32,000 bases of DNA from Vibrio vulnificus CMCP6 (GTDB lineage: Bacteria; Pseudomonadota; Gammaproteobacteria; Enterobacterales; Vibrionaceae). The stretch covers positions 750,001 to 782,000 of the forward strand of contig NC_004460.2 of the NCBI RefSeq assembly GCF_000039765.1, in the 5' to 3' direction. Under the pieces are notes generated by a model that did no database searches, was not told where the DNA came from, and saw nothing but the letters and a program-made list of their open reading frames with translations. The translations under genes were made by a program, and so were the position numbers. Shown here in pieces: positions 8,929-15,973 of the stretch (the first letter of the stretch is position 1; the number at the start of each line of letters is the position of its first letter).

Positions 8929-9969
8929 TCAGTACATGCATCCAAATGCTTGCTAGCCACTCACCAAATTTGCTTTTCTCAGTATAGACTGCAACGGTAG
9001 CTTGAGAACCAAATCGGACGTTTGAAAGTCTCTCTACGTCATCAAAGACAATATTAACAGGGTAACGCTGGGCACTGATTGCCTTGTTATCTGCGACTAA
9101 AAAACCTGTAGTGGCATCTACATTATTACTGCCTCCTGTCCCCCAGCCAATGCTGTCAATTTTTCCGGAGAGACACGACCTGGCAGCGCATCCAATACAA
9201 TATCGACACGTTGTCCTTCTCGAATATGTTCAAGAGAGTTTTCTCGTAACTGGGCCGAGATCCATACGCCACGAGGGTCAATGAATGTTAATAATGGCGT
9301 GCCAGCATTAGCGCGTTGTCCGTTCGTGAGTTGGACATTAGTCACAACTCCCTTTGAAGGCGCAGTAACATTGGTTTTTTGAAGGTCAAGCTGAGCTTTT
9401 TCAAGTTTGGCCATCGCCGCGAGAATTTGCGGGTTGTTATTACCAGCAGGCCCCAAGTTTTGTTTTGCTTGCACTAATGCAGCTTCCGCGGCCTCCAGCC
9501 CAGCTTGCGCGCGAGTTTTTGATTCTAGTGCATTGTCCAGATCTGCCTTACTTAAGACCCCCCGCTTAGCCAGTGTTTCCGTTCTGGCTGCTTGCTCACG
9601 AGCATTATTTCTCGCAGCCAGAGCTTCTACAACTCTAGCCTGTGCAACCTCTACGGCCGCAGTATTTGCGCCAATACTTTGACCGACTAACTCCAACTCT
9701 GCTTGAGCCGCTCTAAGAGCAATGTCGTAGTTTCTTGGATCGATTCGGAACAAAAGGTCGCCGGCATTCACGATCTGATTGTCACTGACTGAAACGTCAA
9801 TGATATTGCCTGTTACCTCAGGTGCGATCTGAACAAGATAAGAATGGATCCGTGCACTGCTGGTAATTGGTGTAACCCTGTCGGCCCAAAGACTATAAAG
9901 CCAAATTACTAAAATCGTGGTAATAATGTAGATACTTAGTTTTCTCGATGATGATTGCGTGTCAGACAT
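8906..9969 (-). pseudogene. HlyD/EmrA-AaeA-type membrane fusion protein gene interrupted by a 1-nt frameshift
   Basis: From ATG 9969 the frame reads MSDTQSSSRKLSIYIITTILVIW...IAPEVTGNIIDVSV...LDALPGRV, then stops at 9118. Shifting frame near 9166-9175 gives SGKIDSIGWGTGGSNNVDATTGFLVADNKAISAQRYPVNIVFDD...WTYVS*, ending at 8906. Total length is 1064 nt, one short of a multiple of three. Confidence 0.8.
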
Positions 9970-10089
9970 CAGTAATTCTCTATTTTGCGTTACGCTAATT
10001 TGCGAAAGTATACCATTTAATTGAACATTTAATACATGCCAAGCAAGCGGCTTTGATGTGATGGATGCACCTCCCTTCTTGCATTGTTG

Positions 10090-10200
10090 TACCACACGAC
10101 AGGTACAGCCATTAAGAGCCGAAGTAACAGCCATGTCGATTAAAGTTGTTTTCCCAACCCCACCTTTTGGATTTGCGGCACTAATAGCGTTAGTTTTCAT
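10090..10200 (-). pseudogene. 5' fragment of a ParA/MinD-type P-loop ATPase gene
   Basis: ATG at 10200 gives MKTNAISAANPKGGVGKTTLIDMAVTSALNG (deviant Walker A, KGGVGKTT). Homology stops after about 37 codons. The frame then runs by chance into the HlyD-family ORF, producing the listed 363-aa ORF. Confidence 0.6.
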
Positions 10201-10215
10201 AACAAACACAAAGAT

Positions 10216-10233
10216 GTATTACATATATAATAC
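10216..10233. promoter_or_regulatory. Near-perfect palindrome GTATTA-N6-TAATAC just upstream of the ParA-like start (candidate operator)
   Basis: gtattacatatataatac: 16 of 18 positions are self-complementary, in an AT-rich promoter-like context 15 nt upstream of the ATG. Confidence 0.4.
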
Positions 10234-10538
10234 ACAAATAAGTTATAGGAAGTTCCTCTCAAGGGTCACTTGCACATCTGGCTCTATTCCCAGTCCAGCA
10301 GAAAACCCTATGTAGGTTCTCAAGCTAAAATTTTAAGAGCGATAGAAATATGGCTCTTAAACATCAATAGAATCAGCACCAACAAAGCTGGATCACTTTT
10401 GAGTCAACTTCTAGAGCCTTCTCTCACCGCTTCTATTGCAAAGTTATGCTCACCAATTACGGGCCTAATTTCTTAAAGCTACGTAACGAGGTCAGTTATC
10501 TCTATGCTGAGTTCCCTTTAGACAGTGTCGCTTCAGGG

Positions 10539-10691
10539 CTATTGAGTCGCATCGCTCTGATACTCCGCAAGCACCAAGCTCATTAAATAAATACCGATTT
10601 CAGCACGACCTGTAGCTTTTGTTTCCATGGCAACAGAATCAATAATAAAACTCATCACTTCAACTAGGTGGTTGTCTTGTAAAGATGACAT
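10539..10691 (-). CDS. Small hypothetical protein (50 aa), below the ORF-track cutoff
   Basis: ATG preceded by GGAGAGG at good spacing. Translation: MSSLQDNHLVEVMSFIIDSVAMETKATGRAEIGIYLMSLVLAEYQSDATQ*. It is co-directional with and downstream of rep. Confidence 0.4.
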   Translation of the reverse strand: MSSLQDNHLVEVMSFIIDSVAMETKATGRAEIGIYLMSLVLAEYQSDATQ

Positions 10692-10790
10692 ATACCTCTC
10701 CAATCAACGTTTGAATTTACCATTAGATACCGTTTTATAACTACGTAGTTGCGCAGAACATCACAACCTTTTGGTTGCAACTGCTTTTGT

Positions 10791-11969
10791 TCAAGGAAAT
10801 GACAGCTTAGACAAGGTGCTTTTTTGCTTCATCACATAACCCACAAGGTACGGCTCAACAGGAGCAGATATCTGATGTACAGCATCATTAACATGACAAA
10901 TCGGCCCATTTCGTTCGCTCATAGCAAGTGCAGACCTAACTCGTTCAAGTAAATAAACATAACGACTGACTGTCTGACGACACAGGTGAGCCATACGAGC
11001 CACGCTACCAATCGTAAGTGGTTGGTTGCTCCGTAGTAGACGTTGACAGGCATGGACAATACGACGAGCTGTATTCGTTCGGCGTATCCGGTGCGTTCTC
11101 TTGGCTGCTCTTCGCTGCCTTTCATGCAAACTTAAGCCTCTATCCAGTTTCATCACGCCGCGCTGACAGTCTGCTCTGGCAAAATACTTATCCCAAGTCC
11201 AACGAGATACGCTTTTCACTAGTGCCTGAACCTCACTACTTGGCAACGGTGGACTTTCCGGCATAGCGCTAACATTTTTGTAGCGTGCAAACCCCTCGAT
11301 CCGTGCTTTAAAATCGATATAACATCCCCGCTCTCGTGCCTTGCCAACAATGCTGTAAGCGTACTGGCGGGTGTGTTCAAACAATGTGCAGTTTCGGGAG
11401 TAGGAAGTATCATGTGCTTTTCGTTGCCACAAACGATCTGTCTCTAGTTCAAGGAAATCTGCAAGCTCACCAAGCTCAAAAACACTTCGGTGGAGTTCGG
11501 TCGTCAGCCAGTCAGCATGAAAAGGCGTTTTGGCCACTGGACCACAGTAGCTCAAATCAGCCTCTAGCCTTAATGCAAGCGCTCGATAAATGGCTTGGTA
11601 ATAAGCGATAGGTTTGGCGTTTGCGTTATCACTGGTGCAAACAGGCACAATGGCATAAAAAAGATGGGCTTTGTTGCTGGTGCGATCGCGCACAATCAAG
11701 TTCGGCGGTGGCAACCCTTCATCTTGCCAGATGTAGGGATTTGGCAAGACACGGTGTTCATGATCAATATCGAACACCATCCAAGCCTTCATATCTCTTC
11801 GATTAACTTGCATGTATGGCCACTTTACAGCGTAATCACGTGGCCTAACGAGCATAGCGGTTTTATTATCACTACACCTCGAAAAATAAGGCGCTTCCTC
11901 AATCAAGCGTGTTTTCAACGAATGCAATTGGGCTGTGATATGAGCCTGGTCAGAACGAATCACCGTCAT
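10791..11969 (-). CDS. Plasmid/phage-type replication initiation protein (Replicase-family N-terminus, PriCT_1-like motif, C-terminal HTH)
   Basis: KAWMVFDIDHE and NKAHLFYAI blocks. YSRNCTLFEHTRQYAYSIV resembles the primase C-terminal PriCT_1 motif. A basic stretch and the HTH-like LTIGSVARMAHLCRQTVSRYV lie near the C-terminus. I prefer ATG 11969 to the TTG at 12020. Confidence 0.6.
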   Translation of the reverse strand: MTVIRSDQAHITAQLHSLKTRLIEEAPYFSRCSDNKTAMLVRPRDYAVKWPYMQVNRRDMKAWMVFDIDHEHRVLPNPYIWQDEGLPPPNLIVRDRTSNKAHLFYAIVPVCTSDNANAKPIAYYQAIYRALALRLEADLSYCGPVAKTPFHADWLTTELHRSVFELGELADFLELETDRLWQRKAHDTSYSRNCTLFEHTRQYAYSIVGKARERGCYIDFKARIEGFARYKNVSAMPESPPLPSSEVQALVKSVSRWTWDKYFARADCQRGVMKLDRGLSLHERQRRAAKRTHRIRRTNTARRIVHACQRLLRSNQPLTIGSVARMAHLCRQTVSRYVYLLERVRSALAMSERNGPICHVNDAVHQISAPVEPYLVGYVMKQKSTLSKLSFP

Positions 11970-11976
11970 AATAAAT

Positions 11977-12198
11977 TCAACACAGTTTGCTTCTGAGTGC
12001 GTCAGAGAGTGCAAGGCCAAGCACTACCGTCATCGTGGTGAATATCATCATGCTGGCTGAATTGTGTTTAATTAGATCTCTCGATCGAACATTGATAGCA
12101 ATGCCCTCTTCAGCGTCACTTTCTAAGACTAAATTGAGAGAATGGGTACATTCTTGAGTTGCCTTATGGTTTAAGGCCTCAAATCCTTGATGGTTCAC
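11977..12198 (-). CDS. Hypothetical small protein with a hydrophobic C-terminal segment (uncertain)
   Basis: 73-aa ORF with a GTG start and weak SD. The tail MMIFTTMTVVLGLAL is TM-like. It sits between orf87 and rep in the same operon direction. Confidence 0.3.
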   Translation of the reverse strand: MNHQGFEALNHKATQECTHSLNLVLESDAEEGIAINVRSRDLIKHNSASMMIFTTMTVVLGLALSDALRSKLC

Positions 12199-12270
12199 AG
12201 GGTTTACCTTGTCTAGCCCCCTCCCAAGTTAGGAGGAGCCATTGGCACAAATCAGGCTAATGTATAAAAC

Positions 12271-12534
12271 CTAAAGCCAACGTTCTCTGATCTTGTCTAT
12301 TCGCTTTTCGACACCAAGTAAACGTATTCGCAGACGCACTTGCGCCAACAAATGAAGTGTGTGGTGTAACTGGCGAATTAAGCTCTGCTGCTCTTGTAAT
12401 AACGGGGAAAGTTGACGCCGATAGAGCTCATGTCGAATTTGCCTGATATTTATAAGTCCTCTGCGTATGTCGTTCTCTGTCAACAAGCGAGAATACTTAT
12501 CTGGGCATGGTTTATGGTAATGAACTACGGACAT
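12271..12534 (-). CDS. Hypothetical basic coiled-coil protein (87 aa)
   Basis: ATG preceded by GGAGGAG. It begins 23 nt after the CII-like stop. The sequence is heptad-like and Arg/Leu/Gln rich. No family recognised. Confidence 0.55.
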   Translation of the reverse strand: MSVVHYHKPCPDKYSRLLTENDIRRGLINIRQIRHELYRRQLSPLLQEQQSLIRQLHHTLHLLAQVRLRIRLLGVEKRIDKIRERWL

Positions 12535-12557
12535 CGCTCCTCCAAATTAATACACGC

Positions 12558-13073
12558 TTACCCTGCCCTGACGACAGACTCAATCTCCATACATGGAGAG
12601 ACATCTTGATTGAGTTTTTCAAGGCTATTGATGATCAAAACATGGTTACTGATACTGGCCTGTGCCGTCTGAACAATCTTATGTTTCATCGTTCGACTCA
12701 ACTCTTGCTTACCAACACAATCAAGCGCCATACGAGACAACTCACCGGAATAAATGGCGTTATCCACTGCCCGTCGCAACAAAGTTGCTTCAGTTTCGTC
12801 AGGGGGAATATGAGCTGTTACTACACCCAGTCCTATAAGTAACACGTTCACAATGGAGTGATTCCCACTTATTTTTGAGATCGTAATGAGCTCTGTACAG
12901 CTGAGAACATGAGGTTGCTCGGGGTTGAGTTTATTGCGAAGCATCGTCGCATTCATTCCAAGACGTTCTGCTAGCTGAGCCATGTTTTCCGTTCTCGCAA
13001 AAGCACAACACGCTTCGTTAAATGCCTTTTGTTTAGAACCAAGAAAGTCGCACCTTAAGTCAATGTCGTCCAT
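12558..13073 (-). CDS. Phage regulatory protein CII (CP76 / phage 186 CII-like)
   Basis: From ATG 13073: MDDIDLRCDFLGSKQKAFNEACCAFARTENMAQLAERLGMNATMLRNKLNPEQPHVLSCTELITISK... This gives about 171 aa with an HTH, in the same size and position as CII in 186-like phages. Confidence 0.65.
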   Translation of the reverse strand: MDDIDLRCDFLGSKQKAFNEACCAFARTENMAQLAERLGMNATMLRNKLNPEQPHVLSCTELITISKISGNHSIVNVLLIGLGVVTAHIPPDETEATLLRRAVDNAIYSGELSRMALDCVGKQELSRTMKHKIVQTAQASISNHVLIINSLEKLNQDVSPCMEIESVVRAG

Positions 13074-13185
13074 AGCGAATACTCGATTGAAGAAAAATGG
13101 TATGAAAACGAAACCCAACCAAGAATGTGAGCCACAATGGGCAATGTCCCTTGGTTGGAATTAAGGAACATAAGCGCATGATGAC

Positions 13186-13398
13186 CTATCCCATTCGTTG
13201 CAACGTTTCTCTTGTTGCCATTTCAAGTAACTCGACCATATTGATTAAAGGAGTTTCTTTAGCTTTAGCTTTCTCTTTAATGGGTAAGCGACCGTCTGAG
13301 ACCCAATCCATGATGGTGCGTTTGGGCATGCCAGAGAACTGAGAATACTGGTCGTAAGTCATATACGGGGTATTTAGGACTACTTGATATGAAAGCAT
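13186..13398 (-). CDS. Apl/Cox-like small HTH regulator (possible excisionase/switch protein)
   Basis: 70 aa with SD AAGGA. YDQYSQFSGMPKRTIMDWVSDGRLPI parallels the P2 Cox segment as I recall it (from memory, unchecked): YQEFAKLIGKSTGAVRRMIDKGKLPV. It is divergent from the CI-like gene. Confidence 0.6.
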   Translation of the reverse strand: MLSYQVVLNTPYMTYDQYSQFSGMPKRTIMDWVSDGRLPIKEKAKAKETPLINMVELLEMATRETLQRMG

Positions 13399-13490
13399 AG
13401 TGGTATCCTTGTAAGTGATTGAATGTTAATAAACGATCTAGCGAGCCGCAGCTCATAACTAGTTCGTATGCGAGAGATTATTGATCGTAT

Positions 13491-14099
13491 ATGCGAGAAA
13501 AACAAGCTCAGCTATCCGCTTTTGAATATCAAGGTGGAAAGCATGTCACAGAAAGATTGTGTAAGGCACTGGATGCAAAGAACTTAAGTGAGCTTTCGAG
13601 CATCCTAAATATACCTACTTCAACAATGTCTACATGGCATAAGCGCGAGCTATGTCCTTTCGAAGTAGTGATTAGAGCTCATATGTATACAGGCGTGTCG
13701 GTACGTTGGTTGACGCTTGGTGAAGGTGAACCCTTCCCAAATCGAACGGAGCGAACTGAATCTAACCTCCTTTTCGAAATCGACTCGCACAAAGTTCTCA
13801 ATGGCGAGCTAGTTTCCCATGAAGTTCTCATTTTCGACAAAACCATATTAGATGACGCTTCAGTCACTAACATTATGGCAATTCGCGATGGCGAAAAGAC
13901 TTACATCATTGATAAAGAAACACATCAAGCTGTAAGCGGAACTTATCTAGTCGATATGGACGGCCTTCTATCGCTGAACGAGATCCAGCGTTTACCAGGT
14001 AAGAAACTGGCGATTAGCTTTAATGGATCAACTCTTACAGTTGAAGAGGATGAGGTTAAGGTTGTTGGTAGGGTTGTGTTGGTGGTTGATAAAGTATGA
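13491..14099 (+). CDS. Phage 186/P2-type CI repressor (Phage_CI_repr HTH plus C-terminal domain)
   Basis: ERLCKALDAKNLSELSSILNIPTSTMSTWHKRE...VSVRWLTLGEGEPF matches the 186 CI N-terminal signature as I recall it (...LQWLLTGEGE.F). 202 aa. Confidence 0.7.
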   Translation: MREKQAQLSAFEYQGGKHVTERLCKALDAKNLSELSSILNIPTSTMSTWHKRELCPFEVVIRAHMYTGVSVRWLTLGEGEPFPNRTERTESNLLFEIDSHKVLNGELVSHEVLIFDKTILDDASVTNIMAIRDGEKTYIIDKETHQAVSGTYLVDMDGLLSLNEIQRLPGKKLAISFNGSTLTVEEDEVKVVGRVVLVVDKV

Positions 14100-14136
14100 A
14101 AAGCAATATGAAATCAAGTTAAAGAGTGTCTACTGA

Positions 14137-14293
14137 TTTGGTGGCTATTCAGATCCTGTAGTGAAAGCCTGGATTCTACTTCGAGCTAGCGGTATATTTG
14201 AATGTCGCAATAAGCCTGCGCCTTTTTTGACAGCCTCAGGTAGACCATACCTGGAAGTCCACCATTTGATTCGGTTAATCGATGATGGTCCTG
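14137..14293 (+). pseudogene. C-terminal fragment of a McrA-like HNH endonuclease
   Basis: The frame opens at 14137 and reads ...DPVVKAWILLRASGIFECRNKPAPFLTASGRPYLEVHHLIRLIDDGP. Compare the McrA-type pattern C..C..APF...G.PYLEVHHI.PLS.GG. There is no N-terminal region or start codon, and the distal part of the motif is lost. Confidence 0.5.
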
Positions 14294-14295
14294 TT

Positions 14296-14644
14296 AGCAC
14301 GCCGTTGTCACCGTCAGATCCTTTGTTTTTATCTGCAACTGACAAGTCTGGGCATGGTGACCCACCAATGAAACCCGTAAGTGCTTCTTTCTTAGCTTTT
14401 GTTACCAGTTCAGTTAAATGTTTGGCCTCTTCACCAGTTACGAGATCATCTATTGAACCATGGTAGTAACCATATTTTGGCTCAGGAATGCCTATTTGTT
14501 CTCTGGAGTACTTATATGCGTCTAGAAAAGGCTATGGAATTCGTTGATAAAACGCACATCAAAACCTGAGCGTTCGAAGCCTAAATCTAAAAATCCACTA
14601 CCAGAGAAAAATAAGAAAATTATTGGTCGTTGTTGAGCTGACAA
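14296..14644 (-). pseudogene. N-terminal fragment of a DNA (cytosine-5) methyltransferase, frameshifted and 3'-truncated
   Basis: Motif I is IIFLFFSGSGFLDLGFERSGF, with a stop at 14522-14524. Shifting frame gives DAYKYSREQ...GFIGGSPCPDLSVADKNKGSDGDNGVLT (motif IV, PC). Motifs VI-X are absent. Confidence 0.65.
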
Positions 14645-14850
14645 ATAAGAGCCTTTCTTAATTGTTAATTCTATCGTTAAACAGTATCCAACCCGCCATA
14701 ATACATTATAGCTACGGCAGCTAAAACAGGACTCTACTTTAGATAGACGGTTTGAGGGATGGAGGGATTGTTTTAAAGTCGCGACATAAAACATTGCAGT
14801 ACATACAAACACATTTAAACTGTATTTATATACAGAAAAACGAGCTAACT

Positions 14851-15882
14851 ATGTCTATCCGCAACTTAAAAGATGGGTCTAAAAAACCCTGGTTCTGCGA
14901 GTGTTACCTAAATGGTCGCCAGGGCAAAAGAGTTAGAAAGCGATTCGCGACTAAAGGCGAAGCCGCCGCTTTTGAGCGCTTTGTGACTAGAGAGATCGAA
15001 GACAAGCCCTGGGAAGGCGATAAACCCGATCACCGTAGGCTTACTCAACTGATAGAGATTTGGTTTACACGCTACGGAGTCACACTTGCTAATGGTGCAG
15101 TGGTGTACAGCAAGCTACTCAAGATGTCAGATGCGATGGGTAATCCAGTCGCTCCCCTTCTCAATGCCAAGTTGTATTCGGAATTTCGTAGTCAGCGTAT
15201 GCATGGTCAGATTAGTTTTGTCGACCACAGGTGGCAAAAAGGTGCACCGAGTATCGCGACACTCAACTCTGAACTCGCCAGATTTAAGGCGGTATTCAGC
15301 AAACTTAAGGAACTGGGTGAATGGAAACTGGCCAATCCTGTAGAAGAAGTAAAACCATTTAAAGATCACGAACGCAGCATGGCTTTCTTACACGAAGGAC
15401 AGATATCCCTGTTGCTTGAGCTAGTTGCACAACACAATCGTAAGGATATGCTCAAGATTGTGAAACTTTGCCTGGCCACCGGAGCACGTTGGAATGAGGC
15501 AGCGCAACTTAACGGCTCTCAGCTCACTAAATTCAAAGTCACTTATACCAACACAAAAACAAAGAAGAATCGCTCTGTACCCATCGCTGAAGAGCTATAT
15601 AACGAGATCCATAAGCCAACTACTGGCAAGTTGTTTGAAGAGTGCTATACGCCTTTCTGCTACATTCTGAAGAATAAACTTGGCATTACCCTCCCATCAG
15701 GTCAAGCTTCGCACGTTCTGCGCCATTCATTCGCCAGCCACTTTATGATGAATGGTGGCAACATTCTTGTCCTGAGAGACATCCTTGGCCATGCCGATAT
15801 AAGCATGACAATGCGTTATGCCCACTTCGCACCTGATCACTTGTCTGAGGCGATCACTCGCAACCCACTCGCGAATTTATAG
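14851..15882 (+). CDS. Tyrosine recombinase, P2/186-type phage integrase
   Basis: MSIRNLKDGSKKPWFCECYLNGRQGKRVRKRFATKGEAAAFE is a P2-Int-like N-terminus. The catalytic region has LATGARWNEA, HVLRHSFASH and LGHADISMTMRYAH. Start moved to ATG 14851. Confidence 0.9.
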   Translation: MSIRNLKDGSKKPWFCECYLNGRQGKRVRKRFATKGEAAAFERFVTREIEDKPWEGDKPDHRRLTQLIEIWFTRYGVTLANGAVVYSKLLKMSDAMGNPVAPLLNAKLYSEFRSQRMHGQISFVDHRWQKGAPSIATLNSELARFKAVFSKLKELGEWKLANPVEEVKPFKDHERSMAFLHEGQISLLLELVAQHNRKDMLKIVKLCLATGARWNEAAQLNGSQLTKFKVTYTNTKTKKNRSVPIAEELYNEIHKPTTGKLFEECYTPFCYILKNKLGITLPSGQASHVLRHSFASHFMMNGGNILVLRDILGHADISMTMRYAHFAPDHLSEAITRNPLANL

Positions 15883-15910
15883 TCATCGCCATAAAATTTT
15901 TTCTGCGGCT

Positions 15911-15931
15911 GTCGCCACTTTGTCGCCACTT
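15911..15931. repeat. Tandem 11-bp-period direct repeat gtcgccactt x2, next to the int 3' end
   Basis: gtcgccactt at 15911-15920 and again at 15922-15931, about 30 nt after the int stop. Candidate integrase arm-type sites. Confidence 0.45.
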
Positions 15932-15943
15932 GCCAAATTTAGG

Positions 15944-15973
15944 ACAAAAAAAGAGCCGCTAAAAGCGGCTCTT
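15944..15973 (-). terminator. Rho-independent terminator of guaC
   Basis: aagagccgc / gcggctctt 9-bp stem (15951-15959 / 15965-15973). On the minus strand it is followed by a T7 run (15946-15952). Confidence 0.8.

Noticed and set aside
9970-10209. N-terminal 80 residues of the listed 363-aa ORF (9118..10209) as part of the HlyD-family protein
   Set aside because: The real MFP start is ATG 9969 (MSDTQSSS, then a TM segment). The upstream part is a ParA stump plus read-through of promoter DNA.
10334-10361. Hairpin ttaagagc...gctcttaa sharing ggctcttaa with the guaC terminator (15965-15975), considered as an attL/attR core
   Set aside because: The shared string is only 9 nt, and 8-9-mers are expected by chance at this search size. 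Likewise gttgtctt (10671-10678 vs 15994-16001). Neither is convincing as an att repeat.
10270-10476. 68-aa plus-strand ORF in the rep-parA gap
   Set aside because: It has a TTG start, no SD and no motif, and it lies in a region full of stops in the other frames. I treat it as non-coding.
11595-11996. Long antisense ORFs inside confident genes. Examples: 11595..11996 in rep, 12507..12842 in cII, 18325..19078 in nnr, 26306..26692 and 27559..27918 in napA, 30559..30996 in nanM, 5256..5630 in the serine hydrolase.
   Set aside because: They have no SD, no recognisable motifs and low-complexity or odd composition. They are fully shadowed by well-supported genes on the opposite strand, so they are typical shadow ORFs.
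14294-14330. Alternative plus-strand frame LARRCHRQI as the distal CxxCH part of the HNH motif
   Set aside because: It would need a frameshift and leaves no room for the conserved Asn. The same bases read on the minus strand as the contiguous Dcm segment GSDGDNGVLT, which is the better-supported reading.
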